DNA of 63,195 nt, filler included. It is 4 parts of 4 records of this genome, joined end to end, with 100 filler letters (N's around TTAATTAATTAA, not from the genome) between each part and the next. Parts side by side here need not be neighbours in the genome. Positions count along the whole stretch, not along the records: positions 1 to 15,047 come from SRR20825006_1149; 3 more parts are not named here. One strand, written 5' to 3'. Positions 1-9,330 of this stretch are shown here, piece after piece. How positions within the stretch are numbered: position 1 is the first letter of the stretch; the number at the start of each line of letters is the position of its first letter. The position numbers and the translations under genes are program-made. The notes under the pieces were generated by a model. It worked only from the letters and a program-made list of their open reading frames with translations. It was not told the DNA's origin and made no database searches.

Positions 1-87
1 CACAATGACCGACATTGAATAATCAATGTAGGCAGATTTCATCTCATCCTCAATATTAATGGGAATTAACTTTTCTCCTTCCGCCAT
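1..87 (-). CDS. gyrA: DNA gyrase subunit A, N-terminal 29 aa (runs off the window edge)
   Basis: Not in the ORF track. The reverse strand from ATG at 87 reads MAEGEKLIPINIEDEMKSAYIDYSMSVIV, the GyrA N-terminal signature. Divergent from clpC. Confidence 0.93.
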   Translation of the reverse strand, partial: MAEGEKLIPINIEDEMKSAYIDYSMSVIV

Positions 88-348
88 GCTTATTTATTAT
101 AGATTTTTTGTGGTTAAATTATCATGGCAATATACAGAAAATAGCAGCCTTTATAACCCTTTGCGAATACTTTATTAAAAATTTTATCAACATTACAGGT
201 ATTATCAACAATGCGATAATAAAGCTTTGTTAAATACCCAGAAAACATGAATTATTCCGACATTTACCACTACTTTATCGAATTAGGGTACGGTATTTGA
301 CCACCATAACAATACTTTTATTAATTTTAATTGCTGAAAAAGAAACGT

Positions 349-2907
349 ATGGACGACAATTTTTCCCCCCGCGTAAAGGACGTTATAGCATACAGCAAGG
401 AAGAAGCCCTTAGACTGGGCCATGATTTTATTGGCACGGAACACCTTATGCTAGGTCTTTTAAGAGACGGAAATGGCAAAGCCATAAATATATTGGATGC
501 ACTCGATGTGGATTTGGACCACCTGCGCAGAAAGGTGGAAATTCTTAGCCCCGCGAATCCAAATACAGGAACGATGCAGAAGGACAAGAAAAATCTTCAT
601 TTGACCCGCCAAGCGGAAAGAGCATTGAAGACAACTTTTTTGGAAGCAAAGCTATTCCAGAGTTCTTCTATAAACACCGCTCACCTGTTGCTCTGCATCC
701 TAAGAAACGAGAATGATCCAACAACCAAGTTGTTGCACAAACTGAAAGTGGACTACGACAATGTCAAGGAACAGTTCAAATCCATGATCACCAGTGACGA
801 TGACTACATAGATACCCCACAAGCGGAATCTTTTCCCGGGGACACAGATGATATGGGAGATAGCAAAGAAGGCTCTTTCGGTTCCGGAGGCGCTGCACAA
901 AAAGGAAATAAAAAATCCAAGACCCCTGTTCTAGACAATTTTGGACGCGACCTTACCCGTTTGGCCGAAGAGAACAAATTGGACCCCGTTGTGGGAAGGG
1001 AAAAGGAAATTGAACGTGTTTCCCAAATATTGAGCAGACGTAAAAAGAACAATCCGCTGCTTATTGGCGAACCTGGGGTTGGTAAGAGTGCCATTGCCGA
1101 AGGTCTGGCACTGCGAATCATCAACAAAAAGGTTTCGCGCATACTTTACAACAAGCGTGTAGTGACCTTGGACCTTGCCTCTTTGGTGGCAGGTACCAAA
1201 TACCGTGGACAGTTCGAGGAGCGCATGAAAGCTGTGATGAACGAGCTGGAAAAAAACGATGATATCATCTTGTTCATTGATGAGATACACACTATTGTCG
1301 GCGCAGGCGGAGCAACTGGAAGCCTGGACGCCTCCAATATGTTCAAACCCGCCTTGGCAAGAGGTGAAATTCAATGTATCGGAGCCACAACGCTGGATGA
1401 GTACAGGCAATACATAGAAAAAGACGGTGCCTTGGAGCGTCGCTTCCAAAAGGTAATGGTAGAACCCACTACCGTGGAAGAGACCATCGAAATATTGATG
1501 AACATTAAGGGCAAGTACGAAGAGCACCACAATGTTAATTATACGGACGAGGCTATTTTGGCCTGTGTAAAATTGACCAACCGTTACATGACGGATCGTT
1601 TTCTTCCCGACAAGGCCATTGACGCCTTGGATGAAGCTGGGTCAAGAGTACACATCGTCAACATGGATGTTCCCAAACAGATCTTGGAACTGGAAAGCCA
1701 GCTCGAAGATGTTCGAGAACTCAAAAACAGCGTTGTCAAAAAACAGAAATACGAAGAGGCCGCCAAGCTAAGAGACGATGAAAAACGTTTGGAAAAAGAT
1801 TTGGCAACCGCTCAAGAACGCTGGGAAGAAGAAAGTAAACTTCATAGAGAAACCGTATCAGAGGACAATGTTGCCGATGTGGTTTCCATGATGAGTGGCA
1901 TCCCTGTTAACAGAATAGCACAGACCGAAAGCAACAAATTGGCCGAACTGCCCAATCTTATCAAAGGATTTGTAATCGGTCAGGATGAAGCCGTATCCAA
2001 GGTAGCAAGGGCAATCCAGCGTAACCGTGCCGGACTTAAGGACCCGAACAAACCCATTGGCTCATTCATTTTCTTGGGCCAAACTGGAGTTGGAAAAACC
2101 CAATTGGCAAAAATTTTGGCCAAAGAGCTATTTGATTCCGAAGATGCCTTGATCCGAATAGATATGAGCGAATACATGGAGAAATTCGCCATTTCAAGAT
2201 TGGTAGGAGCACCTCCCGGATATGTAGGTTACGAAGAAGGCGGACAGCTGACTGAAAAAGTACGCCGCAAGCCTTACTCTGTGATTTTATTGGACGAAGT
2301 GGAGAAAGCTCATCCCGATGTATTCAATATGTTGCTTCAAGTATTGGATGATGGCTTCCTTACTGATAGCCTTGGGCGTAAAATCGACTTTAGGAATTCT
2401 ATAATCATTATGACTTCCAATATTGGTGCAAGACAATTGAAGGATTTTGGACAGGGCGTAGGATTTGGTACCGCAGCAAAAAAGGCACAGGCCGACGACC
2501 ACCAGAAAAGTGTCATCGAAAATGCCTTGAAAAAAGCATTTGCACCGGAATTCTTGAACAGGATAGACGATGTAGTCGTTTTCAATGCCTTGGAAAGAGA
2601 GGATATCCACAAAATCATTGATATAGAACTGAACAAGCTCTACAAAAGAATCAAGGAAATCGGTTACGATTTAAATCTATCCGACAAGGCCAAGGACTAT
2701 ATTGCCGACAAAGGTTTTGACAAGCAATATGGAGCAAGGCCCCTAAAGAGAGCAATCCAAAAGTATATCGAGGATTCATTGGCAGAGGAAATCGTGAATT
2801 CCAAACTGGAGGAAGGTGACAGTATTTTTATGGACTTGGATGAGAGCAAAGAGGAGCTTACCATCAAAATTAAAAAAGCTGAAAAATCTCCAGAAGCTGA
2901 AAAATAA
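349..2907 (+). CDS. clpC: ATP-dependent Clp protease ATP-binding subunit, ClpC type
   Basis: Clp_N repeats, two AAA+ modules (GEPGVGKS, GQTGVGKT), a UVR-like middle domain (YEEAAKLRD) and GARPLKRAIQ. The ATG at 349 is preferred over the TTG at 331. Confidence 0.95.
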   Translation: MDDNFSPRVKDVIAYSKEEALRLGHDFIGTEHLMLGLLRDGNGKAINILDALDVDLDHLRRKVEILSPANPNTGTMQKDKKNLHLTRQAERALKTTFLEAKLFQSSSINTAHLLLCILRNENDPTTKLLHKLKVDYDNVKEQFKSMITSDDDYIDTPQAESFPGDTDDMGDSKEGSFGSGGAAQKGNKKSKTPVLDNFGRDLTRLAEENKLDPVVGREKEIERVSQILSRRKKNNPLLIGEPGVGKSAIAEGLALRIINKKVSRILYNKRVVTLDLASLVAGTKYRGQFEERMKAVMNELEKNDDIILFIDEIHTIVGAGGATGSLDASNMFKPALARGEIQCIGATTLDEYRQYIEKDGALERRFQKVMVEPTTVEETIEILMNIKGKYEEHHNVNYTDEAILACVKLTNRYMTDRFLPDKAIDALDEAGSRVHIVNMDVPKQILELESQLEDVRELKNSVVKKQKYEEAAKLRDDEKRLEKDLATAQERWEEESKLHRETVSEDNVADVVSMMSGIPVNRIAQTESNKLAELPNLIKGFVIGQDEAVSKVARAIQRNRAGLKDPNKPIGSFIFLGQTGVGKTQLAKILAKELFDSEDALIRIDMSEYMEKFAISRLVGAPPGYVGYEEGGQLTEKVRRKPYSVILLDEVEKAHPDVFNMLLQVLDDGFLTDSLGRKIDFRNSIIIMTSNIGARQLKDFGQGVGFGTAAKKAQADDHQKSVIENALKKAFAPEFLNRIDDVVVFNALEREDIHKIIDIELNKLYKRIKEIGYDLNLSDKAKDYIADKGFDKQYGARPLKRAIQKYIEDSLAEEIVNSKLEEGDSIFMDLDESKEELTIKIKKAEKSPEAEK

Positions 2908-2928
2908 TAATTGTGATAAATTAAGGAT

Positions 2929-2952
2929 AAGCCGGCAATAGCCGGCTTTTTT
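2929..2952 (+). terminator. Intrinsic terminator after clpC
   Basis: AAGCCGGC-AATA-GCCGGCTT followed by a T-tract. Confidence 0.85.
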
Positions 2953-3079
2953 ATGTTCAATCTACCCCATCCATACACTATAACCAACCATATAACACTT
3001 ATAAACCCACCACAATCCGTATCCATGTCAAAAAAATCATAATTCGGTCAAACCGCTTGCCCATTGCCGAGTAAAAAAT

Positions 3080-3087
3080 TATGTTTG
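3080..3087 (+). promoter_or_regulatory. Bacteroidota -7 promoter element (TAnnTTTG) for the BLUF gene
   Basis: TATGTTTG, 21 nt upstream of the ATG at 3109. Confidence 0.6.
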
Positions 3088-3108
3088 GAATTTATTCGCA
3101 ACTAACCA

Positions 3109-3549
3109 ATGACCTATACACTAACCTACGAATCGGAAATCGTAAAACCAATGGACAGCCATGAGATGGGCCTTCTATTAGAACAATCCCGCAACAACAA
3201 CAAACGCGACAATATAACAGGTTGCCTTATTTACTACATGGGTGGATTTATCCAAGTTCTCGAAGGGGAAAAGACAAAAGTTCTTGAATTATACGAAAAG
3301 ATAAAGTTGGATGAGCGCCACAAGAACGTACATATGTTTTCCGAAGATGACAATGTGGAAAGAAGCTTCCCTAATTGGGGGATGGCTTACTACCCTATTG
3401 ATGCCAACACAACGAACAAAAGTGAGTTTGAACAGTTCAAGAGAAACTTATTGCTTTTAGCTGATTTTACCGTACCAAAGCATCTTACTGCAAAATTATT
3501 CTGGGACAGGACAAAGTTTTTAATCACAAATCCACCAGAAGACCTTTAA
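3109..3549 (+). CDS. Short BLUF-domain blue-light sensor protein
   Basis: Y-x-S, SRNNN...ITGCL, FIQVLEG, DERH and RSFPNWGM: the conserved BLUF Tyr/Asn/Gln/Trp/Met set. Confidence 0.9.
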   Translation: MTYTLTYESEIVKPMDSHEMGLLLEQSRNNNKRDNITGCLIYYMGGFIQVLEGEKTKVLELYEKIKLDERHKNVHMFSEDDNVERSFPNWGMAYYPIDANTTNKSEFEQFKRNLLLLADFTVPKHLTAKLFWDRTKFLITNPPEDL

Positions 3550-3738
3550 GCCAAATCTTAAAATATTGTGCTAGAAAAAAGGTTTTTAAAATAGTGTTTT
3601 AAAACAGTCAAAGATTGTGCTAAACCATGTTTTATGACCAGGATGTACCATACATAAGATATTTTAGCGTTTAATCTATTATTTTTCCATCAGCCTCCCC
3701 TCCCCTCTAATTTCGTAGACGAGACACTATAATTACAT

Positions 3739-4164
3739 TTGGGGATGAAAATAACTTCTAAAAAGAAGACCGTAGTGGTACGCGAGTACCAGCTGGAGGT
3801 AGGGACCGTACAGGTTTATCAAAATTACATGGTTGCTTCCTTCAACGAGGGCGCCACAATTACATTGGAAAGAACATATCAAATCATCGGAATATCAGAG
3901 ATTCACTTTAGAGACCGAGATTTTGGCTATATCAGCTTAAGAAAAAACTCCTACGCAATCGACCCCACCGTTTACAACTACCTTAGAGGTCTTGATAACC
4001 TAAAGGCCTTTGCCATAGTTTCCAAAAAGGAGATAGACATGCATAATTTCAATATTGAAAAAATGTTCTATAAAAAGCCCATGGAATTCTTTATTGAGTT
4101 TGATAACGCCCTGGCATGGGTCCAAAAAAGACTTAAGATCAATATAGGGGACAAAAAATCCTAA
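3739..4164 (+). CDS. STAS/SEC14 (SpoIIAA-like) domain protein
   Basis: 141-aa ORF with YISLRKNSYAIDP, AFAIVS and FDNALAWV, typical of flavobacterial SpoIIAA-like proteins. The start may be the ATG at 3745. Confidence 0.6.
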   Translation: MGMKITSKKKTVVVREYQLEVGTVQVYQNYMVASFNEGATITLERTYQIIGISEIHFRDRDFGYISLRKNSYAIDPTVYNYLRGLDNLKAFAIVSKKEIDMHNFNIEKMFYKKPMEFFIEFDNALAWVQKRLKINIGDKKS

Positions 4165-5696
4165 TTGCCCTCATTCTGTTCAATTTCTGGTTGACGGAGC
4201 AAATCAGCATAGGCATCCCCAATACTATCTACCAAAATTGAGGCCTTTAAAGCTTCGTATCCTTTTTTGGAAGCTCCCACATCTCCTGCCAATCCGTGTA
4301 AATAAACACCAAATATTGCTGCTTCTACGGACGGATATCCCTGTGCCATAAGACCGGTTATCATGCCCGTTAGCACATCACCACTTCCAGCAGTTGCCAT
4401 ACCGGGATTTCCGGTAGTGTTCACATAACCTTTGCCATTATATATAGTAATCGTATGGGCGCCTTTGATCACAATCACCAAATTATGCTGCAGGGCAAAT
4501 TCTTTGGCCTTTTCCAACTTTTCAAAATCGGATTCCCAATGGCCAATCAACCGTTCCAGCTCCTTTGGGTGGGGCGTCAGCACAGATAATTGAGGAACAT
4601 CCTTCAACAGTTCTGGGTTCTTCGATAAAATATTCAACCCATCCGCATCGATGACCATAGGTAATTTAATCTTCTTTAAGAATGAAGAAAAAGCATCAAT
4701 CGTATCATCATCCTGTCCAATACCAACTCCTATCCCCACAACCGATGGTTCAAAAGGAATTTCTATCCTTGAAATATTCTTGTCCCTGGAACCAGTGAGC
4801 ACCATCACTTCAGGGACTGCTGTTTGCAAGGAATCATATCCGCACTTTGGAACAAAAGCGCTGACCAATCCGCTTCCCACACTCAAACAGGCATTGCTTG
4901 CCAATTGCACAGCTCCTATCTTGCCATAGCTTCCCCCGACTATAACCGAATGCCCGTAGGTCCCCTTGTGGGAGAACTTTAGCCGGGGGCGATACATGGG
5001 CAATACCTCGGGTCGCCCGATCAATTCAAAATCTGCTTCGGTATTGGCAATAAAATCTTGGTTCAACCCAATATCAAGTACTTCCCATTGGTTTAGATAT
5101 ACTCCTGTTTCCGGTAAAAAGAAAATCAGTTTGGGTAATTGAAAACTTAATACATAACTCGCCTGTATCACATAAGAAGTATTCCATGGCGCTCTATCCA
5201 CAGATAAACCAGAAGGGACGTCCACAGACAGCACAAATGCACGAGAATCATTGATATGTCCAATCAATTTTCCGACCCAATCATCGGGAACCCGGTTCAG
5301 TCCAATACCAAAAATGGCATCCACGACTATATCGTTAGGAGAAATCTCCGGTAAATCACTTTCTTTATTGATAAAATCAGGCCACACCTTAAGATCCTTT
5401 AACCGCTCCAAATTCAATAAGAAATCTTCTGAGCGCTTGTCACTATAATTCACCACATGGACTTTAATGGAATAACCATGTTCGTGCAACATTCTCGCCA
5501 ACGCCATCCCGTCCCCACCATTATTCCCGATGCCGCAGAACAATTGAATATTGACTTGGGTGCCCCTTAAACGTGAATGAAGCCATTCGAACAACTGGGC
5601 TGCCGCCCTTTCCATAAGCTCTTCACTCTTTATCTGTTCTTTTTGTATTGTGGATTTATCAGCTTGATAGATTTGATCTGCAGAGAAAATTTTCAT
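4161..5696 (-). CDS. nnr: Bifunctional NAD(P)H-hydrate epimerase/dehydratase
   Basis: YjeF_N motifs (CGIGNNGGDG, VDAIFGIG) and a kinase-like C-domain (HKGTYG, DADGLN, LTPHPKE, GSGDVLTG). Confidence 0.93.
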   Translation of the reverse strand: MKIFSADQIYQADKSTIQKEQIKSEELMERAAAQLFEWLHSRLRGTQVNIQLFCGIGNNGGDGMALARMLHEHGYSIKVHVVNYSDKRSEDFLLNLERLKDLKVWPDFINKESDLPEISPNDIVVDAIFGIGLNRVPDDWVGKLIGHINDSRAFVLSVDVPSGLSVDRAPWNTSYVIQASYVLSFQLPKLIFFLPETGVYLNQWEVLDIGLNQDFIANTEADFELIGRPEVLPMYRPRLKFSHKGTYGHSVIVGGSYGKIGAVQLASNACLSVGSGLVSAFVPKCGYDSLQTAVPEVMVLTGSRDKNISRIEIPFEPSVVGIGVGIGQDDDTIDAFSSFLKKIKLPMVIDADGLNILSKNPELLKDVPQLSVLTPHPKELERLIGHWESDFEKLEKAKEFALQHNLVIVIKGAHTITIYNGKGYVNTTGNPGMATAGSGDVLTGMITGLMAQGYPSVEAAIFGVYLHGLAGDVGASKKGYEALKASILVDSIGDAYADLLRQPEIEQNEGN

Positions 5697-5764
5697 TCAG
5701 CAATAAAAAATGGTTATTTGTGATATTTTCGCAAAAAACAACACCAATGATTTGATGAAGCACA

Positions 5765-5772
5765 CAAAAGTA
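5765..5772 (-). promoter_or_regulatory. Bacteroidota -7 promoter element for nnr
   Basis: TACTTTTG on the minus strand, 68 nt upstream of the nnr ATG. Confidence 0.55.
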
Positions 5773-5835
5773 CTACTTTTATCATCTCATTATAGGGCAA
5801 TGCAGATAAATCAAACGAATATTAACTTTATTTTG

Positions 5836-5889
5836 ATGAATCCTTTTTCATCTACTTTCACTATTACTACTACCACCCCTTTGGGGTAA
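5836..5889 (+). CDS. Putative thr operon leader peptide MNPFSSTFTITTTTPLG
   Basis: 17-codon ORF with 6 Thr and 1 Ile codons clustered (TFTITTTT). It ends 65 nt upstream of thrA. Confidence 0.75.
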   Translation: MNPFSSTFTITTTTPLG

Positions 5890-5954
5890 TCTGCTATATA
5901 TAATTCCGTCCGTTTTTTCAATCTATTTTCAATTTTTCACAACAATATTTTATC

Positions 5955-8399
5955 ATGAAAGTCTTAAAATTTGGAGGCACTTCCGTTGCCAATCCAGAGA
6001 ATATAAATAAGGTCAAATCTATCCTAAGCAATCAAAGTGAAGGGCAAATCGCCGTTGTGGTCTCGGCATTTGGAGGAATAACCGACCTACTGCTCAAAGC
6101 TTCCCGTTCTGCATCCGAACAAGATATCAGCTATACAGAAAGTCTTAAGGAAATCGAGGACAGACATATATCCACTATCAGGGAATTGATTCCCGTGAAA
6201 TCGCAAAGTGCGGCCTTGAGCAAAGTAAAGAGTGAACTCAATATTTTGGAAACTTTGTTGGAAGGAGCCTTTTTAATAGGCGAGCTTACACCAAAACTAT
6301 CCGACAAAATTGTAAGCTACGGGGAACTCCTTTCTTCCTTTATCATAAGTGAGTTCCTTAAATCCGAAGGATTGGACGCCGCTTTCAAGGACAGCCGTGA
6401 ACTTATCAAAACGGATAGCAATTTTGGCAAGGCCAATGTGTACTTTACATTGACCAACACACTATGCCAAGATTTTTTTGCCACTAACAAGAACCAAATA
6501 ACCATACTACCGGGATTTGTGGCCTCCAGCAAAAGCGGCGACCTGACCACTCTGGGCAGAGGTGGTTCCGACTATACCGCAGCTATTATCGCTGCTGCCG
6601 TAGATGCGGATATTTTGGAAATATGGACCGATGTCAGTGGCATGTACACCGCCAACCCAAAATTGGTAAAACAGGCCAAATGCGTAGCCAATATCAGCTA
6701 TCAAGAAGCAATGGAGCTATCCCATTTTGGTGCTAAAGTGCTTTATCCGCCCACCATTCAACCCGTACTGGGAAAAGAGATTCCCATTGCCATTAAAAAT
6801 ACCTTCGCCCCGGAAGAACCAGGAACATTGATTGCCAAAAACAATAATGGAAATGGAAAAACAGTACGTGGAATAAGCCATGTAGGAAACATTAGCTTGC
6901 TTTCATTGGAAGGTCCCGGAATGATAGGTATCCCCGGTATATCTAAACGGTTTTTTGAAACGCTTTCCGTAAAAAACATCAGTATCGTACTAATTACACA
7001 AGCATCTTCCGAACATTCCATTTGCGTTGGTATTGCAGATGAGGATGTGGATTTGGCTGCAGAAGCAGTTAACGAAACCTTTGAATTCGAGATATCAACC
7101 AAAAAAATCAAGCCTGTTATCGTTGAAAAGGATTTGACTATCGTGGCTCTGGTCGGTGATAACATGAAAAGTCACCAAGGTTTGAGCGGTAAAATTTTCA
7201 GCACTTTGGGGAAAAACAATGTTAACATCCGCGCCATCGCCCAAGGTGCTTCGGAACGGAACATTTCTGCAGTCATAAAAAAGGAGGATGTAAAGAAAGC
7301 GCTGAACTCGTTGCATGAGACCTTTTTTGAAGAAAACATCAAACAGCTGAACCTGTTCGTGATGGGTGTCGGAAACGTGGGTTCCAAGTTTTTGCAACAG
7401 ATACGTCAGCAGAAAAAATACTTAAAGGAAGAGTTAAAGCTCAACGTTCGTGTCATTGGCATCAGCAATTCCAGAAAAATGGCTTTTGATGAAAGCGGCA
7501 TTTCCCTGAAAGACTGGGAGAACATTTTGGAACAAGGAGAGCCGGCGGACAAAGATTCATTTTATGATCGCATCATTTCCCTAAACTACCGTAACAGCAT
7601 TTTCGTGGACAACACTGCAAATGCCGAGGTTTCCAAAAGCTATTCCAGCTACCTCAAAAACAGTATTTCAGTGGTCACCTGCAATAAAATTGCGTCATCT
7701 TCGGATTACGCCTATTACAAGGAACTGAAGCAATTGGCCAAACAATACAACGCCCCATATTTGTTCGAAACCAATGTAGGCGCAGGCTTACCTATCTTGG
7801 ACACCTTAAAGCACCTGATTGCCTCGGGAGACAAAATCAGGAAAATACAGGCGGTTTTATCCGGCAGTCTGAATTTTGTCTTCAATACTTTTGATGATTC
7901 CACTACCTTCCACGATGTGGTAAAACAGGCTCAGGAACAAGGCTATACCGAGCCCGACCCAACCATTGACCTGAGTGGTGTTGATGTGATGCGAAAAATA
8001 TTGATTTTGGCCAGAGAAAGCGGCCATCAATTGAATATTGATGATATTGAAAATGAAGCCTTTTTACCAAAGGAAAGCCTGGAAACCGACTCCAACAAAG
8101 CTTTTTTTGAAAGCTTGAAGAAATATGAGGCCGATTTTCAAAAATTGTACAAGGATGCGGCCGACTCGGATTGCAAATTAAAATATGTGGCCCAATTTGA
8201 AGATGGAAAGGCCAAAGTGGGGCTACAGCAAATACCAAAAGGACATGATTTTTATAACTTGGAGGGAAGCGATAATATCGTTCTTTTCTTCACCGATAGA
8301 TATGTAAACCAACCTTTGATCATTAAAGGAGCCGGAGCAGGTGCCGATGTTACCGCATCGGGTATCTTTGCGGATATAGTTCGAATCGGAAATTTCTAA
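5955..8399 (+). CDS. thrA: Bifunctional aspartokinase/homoserine dehydrogenase I
   Basis: KFGGTSV, TLGRGGSDYTA, ACT domains, GVGNVG, ETNVGAGLP and GAGAGADVTA. Confidence 0.96.
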   Translation: MKVLKFGGTSVANPENINKVKSILSNQSEGQIAVVVSAFGGITDLLLKASRSASEQDISYTESLKEIEDRHISTIRELIPVKSQSAALSKVKSELNILETLLEGAFLIGELTPKLSDKIVSYGELLSSFIISEFLKSEGLDAAFKDSRELIKTDSNFGKANVYFTLTNTLCQDFFATNKNQITILPGFVASSKSGDLTTLGRGGSDYTAAIIAAAVDADILEIWTDVSGMYTANPKLVKQAKCVANISYQEAMELSHFGAKVLYPPTIQPVLGKEIPIAIKNTFAPEEPGTLIAKNNNGNGKTVRGISHVGNISLLSLEGPGMIGIPGISKRFFETLSVKNISIVLITQASSEHSICVGIADEDVDLAAEAVNETFEFEISTKKIKPVIVEKDLTIVALVGDNMKSHQGLSGKIFSTLGKNNVNIRAIAQGASERNISAVIKKEDVKKALNSLHETFFEENIKQLNLFVMGVGNVGSKFLQQIRQQKKYLKEELKLNVRVIGISNSRKMAFDESGISLKDWENILEQGEPADKDSFYDRIISLNYRNSIFVDNTANAEVSKSYSSYLKNSISVVTCNKIASSSDYAYYKELKQLAKQYNAPYLFETNVGAGLPILDTLKHLIASGDKIRKIQAVLSGSLNFVFNTFDDSTTFHDVVKQAQEQGYTEPDPTIDLSGVDVMRKILILARESGHQLNIDDIENEAFLPKESLETDSNKAFFESLKKYEADFQKLYKDAADSDCKLKYVAQFEDGKAKVGLQQIPKGHDFYNLEGSDNIVLFFTDRYVNQPLIIKGAGAGADVTASGIFADIVRIGNF

Positions 8400-8402
8400 A
8401 CG

Positions 8403-9326
8403 ATGGAAAAAATTAAAGTATTCTGCCCGGCAACCATAGCCAACGTATCCTGCGGGTTCGATGTTTTGGGCTTGGCCTTGGATTCCGTCGGTGACGAGAT
8501 GACCGTTCGAAAAACTACAGAAAAAGGCATTCGCATCACCAAAATATTGGGGCAAGACCTTCCTCTTGAAACCGAAAACAATGTAGCCGGGGTAGCAGGT
8601 CTGGCCCTATTGGCCAAAAGCAGCTACCAAGGTGGTTTTGAAATCGAAATCGACAAGCGCATCAAACCGGGAAGTGGTATCGGCAGCAGTGCCGCCAGTT
8701 CCACGGGGGCCGTTTGGGCCATGAACGAGCTTTTGGGCAAACCATTTTCTAATTTAGAATTGGTGGAATTTGCCATGCAGGGAGAAAAATTGGCCAGTGA
8801 TGTGGCCCATGCCGATAATGTGGCCCCAGCAATTTATGGGGGCTTCACTTTGGTTAGGAGTTACGAGCCGCTTGACATTATCCCGATACCAACACCATCG
8901 GAACTGTATGCCACGGTAATCCATCCACAAATCGAGATAAAGACCTCGGATTCCCGAAAAATTTTGAAGACCACCATTTCCATGCAACAAGGCATTCGGC
9001 AATGGGGAAATTTGGGCGGACTTGTCGCAGGGCTATTCCAAAACGACTACGATTTGATCGGGCGCTCGTTGCACGACCATATTGTGGAGCCCATCCGGTC
9101 CATTTTGATTCCTGCTTTTGACGATATCAAAGCAAATGCCATAAAAGCAGGGGCTCTGGGAAGTGGAATCTCAGGTTCCGGACCATCCATTTTTGCATTG
9201 AGCAGAGGAGAAGAAACTGCAAAAAAAGTGGCGGAGTCCATGAAAGAAACATATCAAAACATTGGAGTGGATTTTGATATCCATGTTTCCAAAGTGAATA
9301 GCCAAGGCGTAAAGAAAATTGCTTAA
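8403..9326 (+). CDS. thrB: Homoserine kinase
   Basis: PATIANVSCGFD, GHMP motif KPGSGIGSSAA, HADNVAP and SGSGPS; lies within the thr operon. Confidence 0.95.
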   Translation: MEKIKVFCPATIANVSCGFDVLGLALDSVGDEMTVRKTTEKGIRITKILGQDLPLETENNVAGVAGLALLAKSSYQGGFEIEIDKRIKPGSGIGSSAASSTGAVWAMNELLGKPFSNLELVEFAMQGEKLASDVAHADNVAPAIYGGFTLVRSYEPLDIIPIPTPSELYATVIHPQIEIKTSDSRKILKTTISMQQGIRQWGNLGGLVAGLFQNDYDLIGRSLHDHIVEPIRSILIPAFDDIKANAIKAGALGSGISGSGPSIFALSRGEETAKKVAESMKETYQNIGVDFDIHVSKVNSQGVKKIA

Positions 9327-9330
9327 ATCC

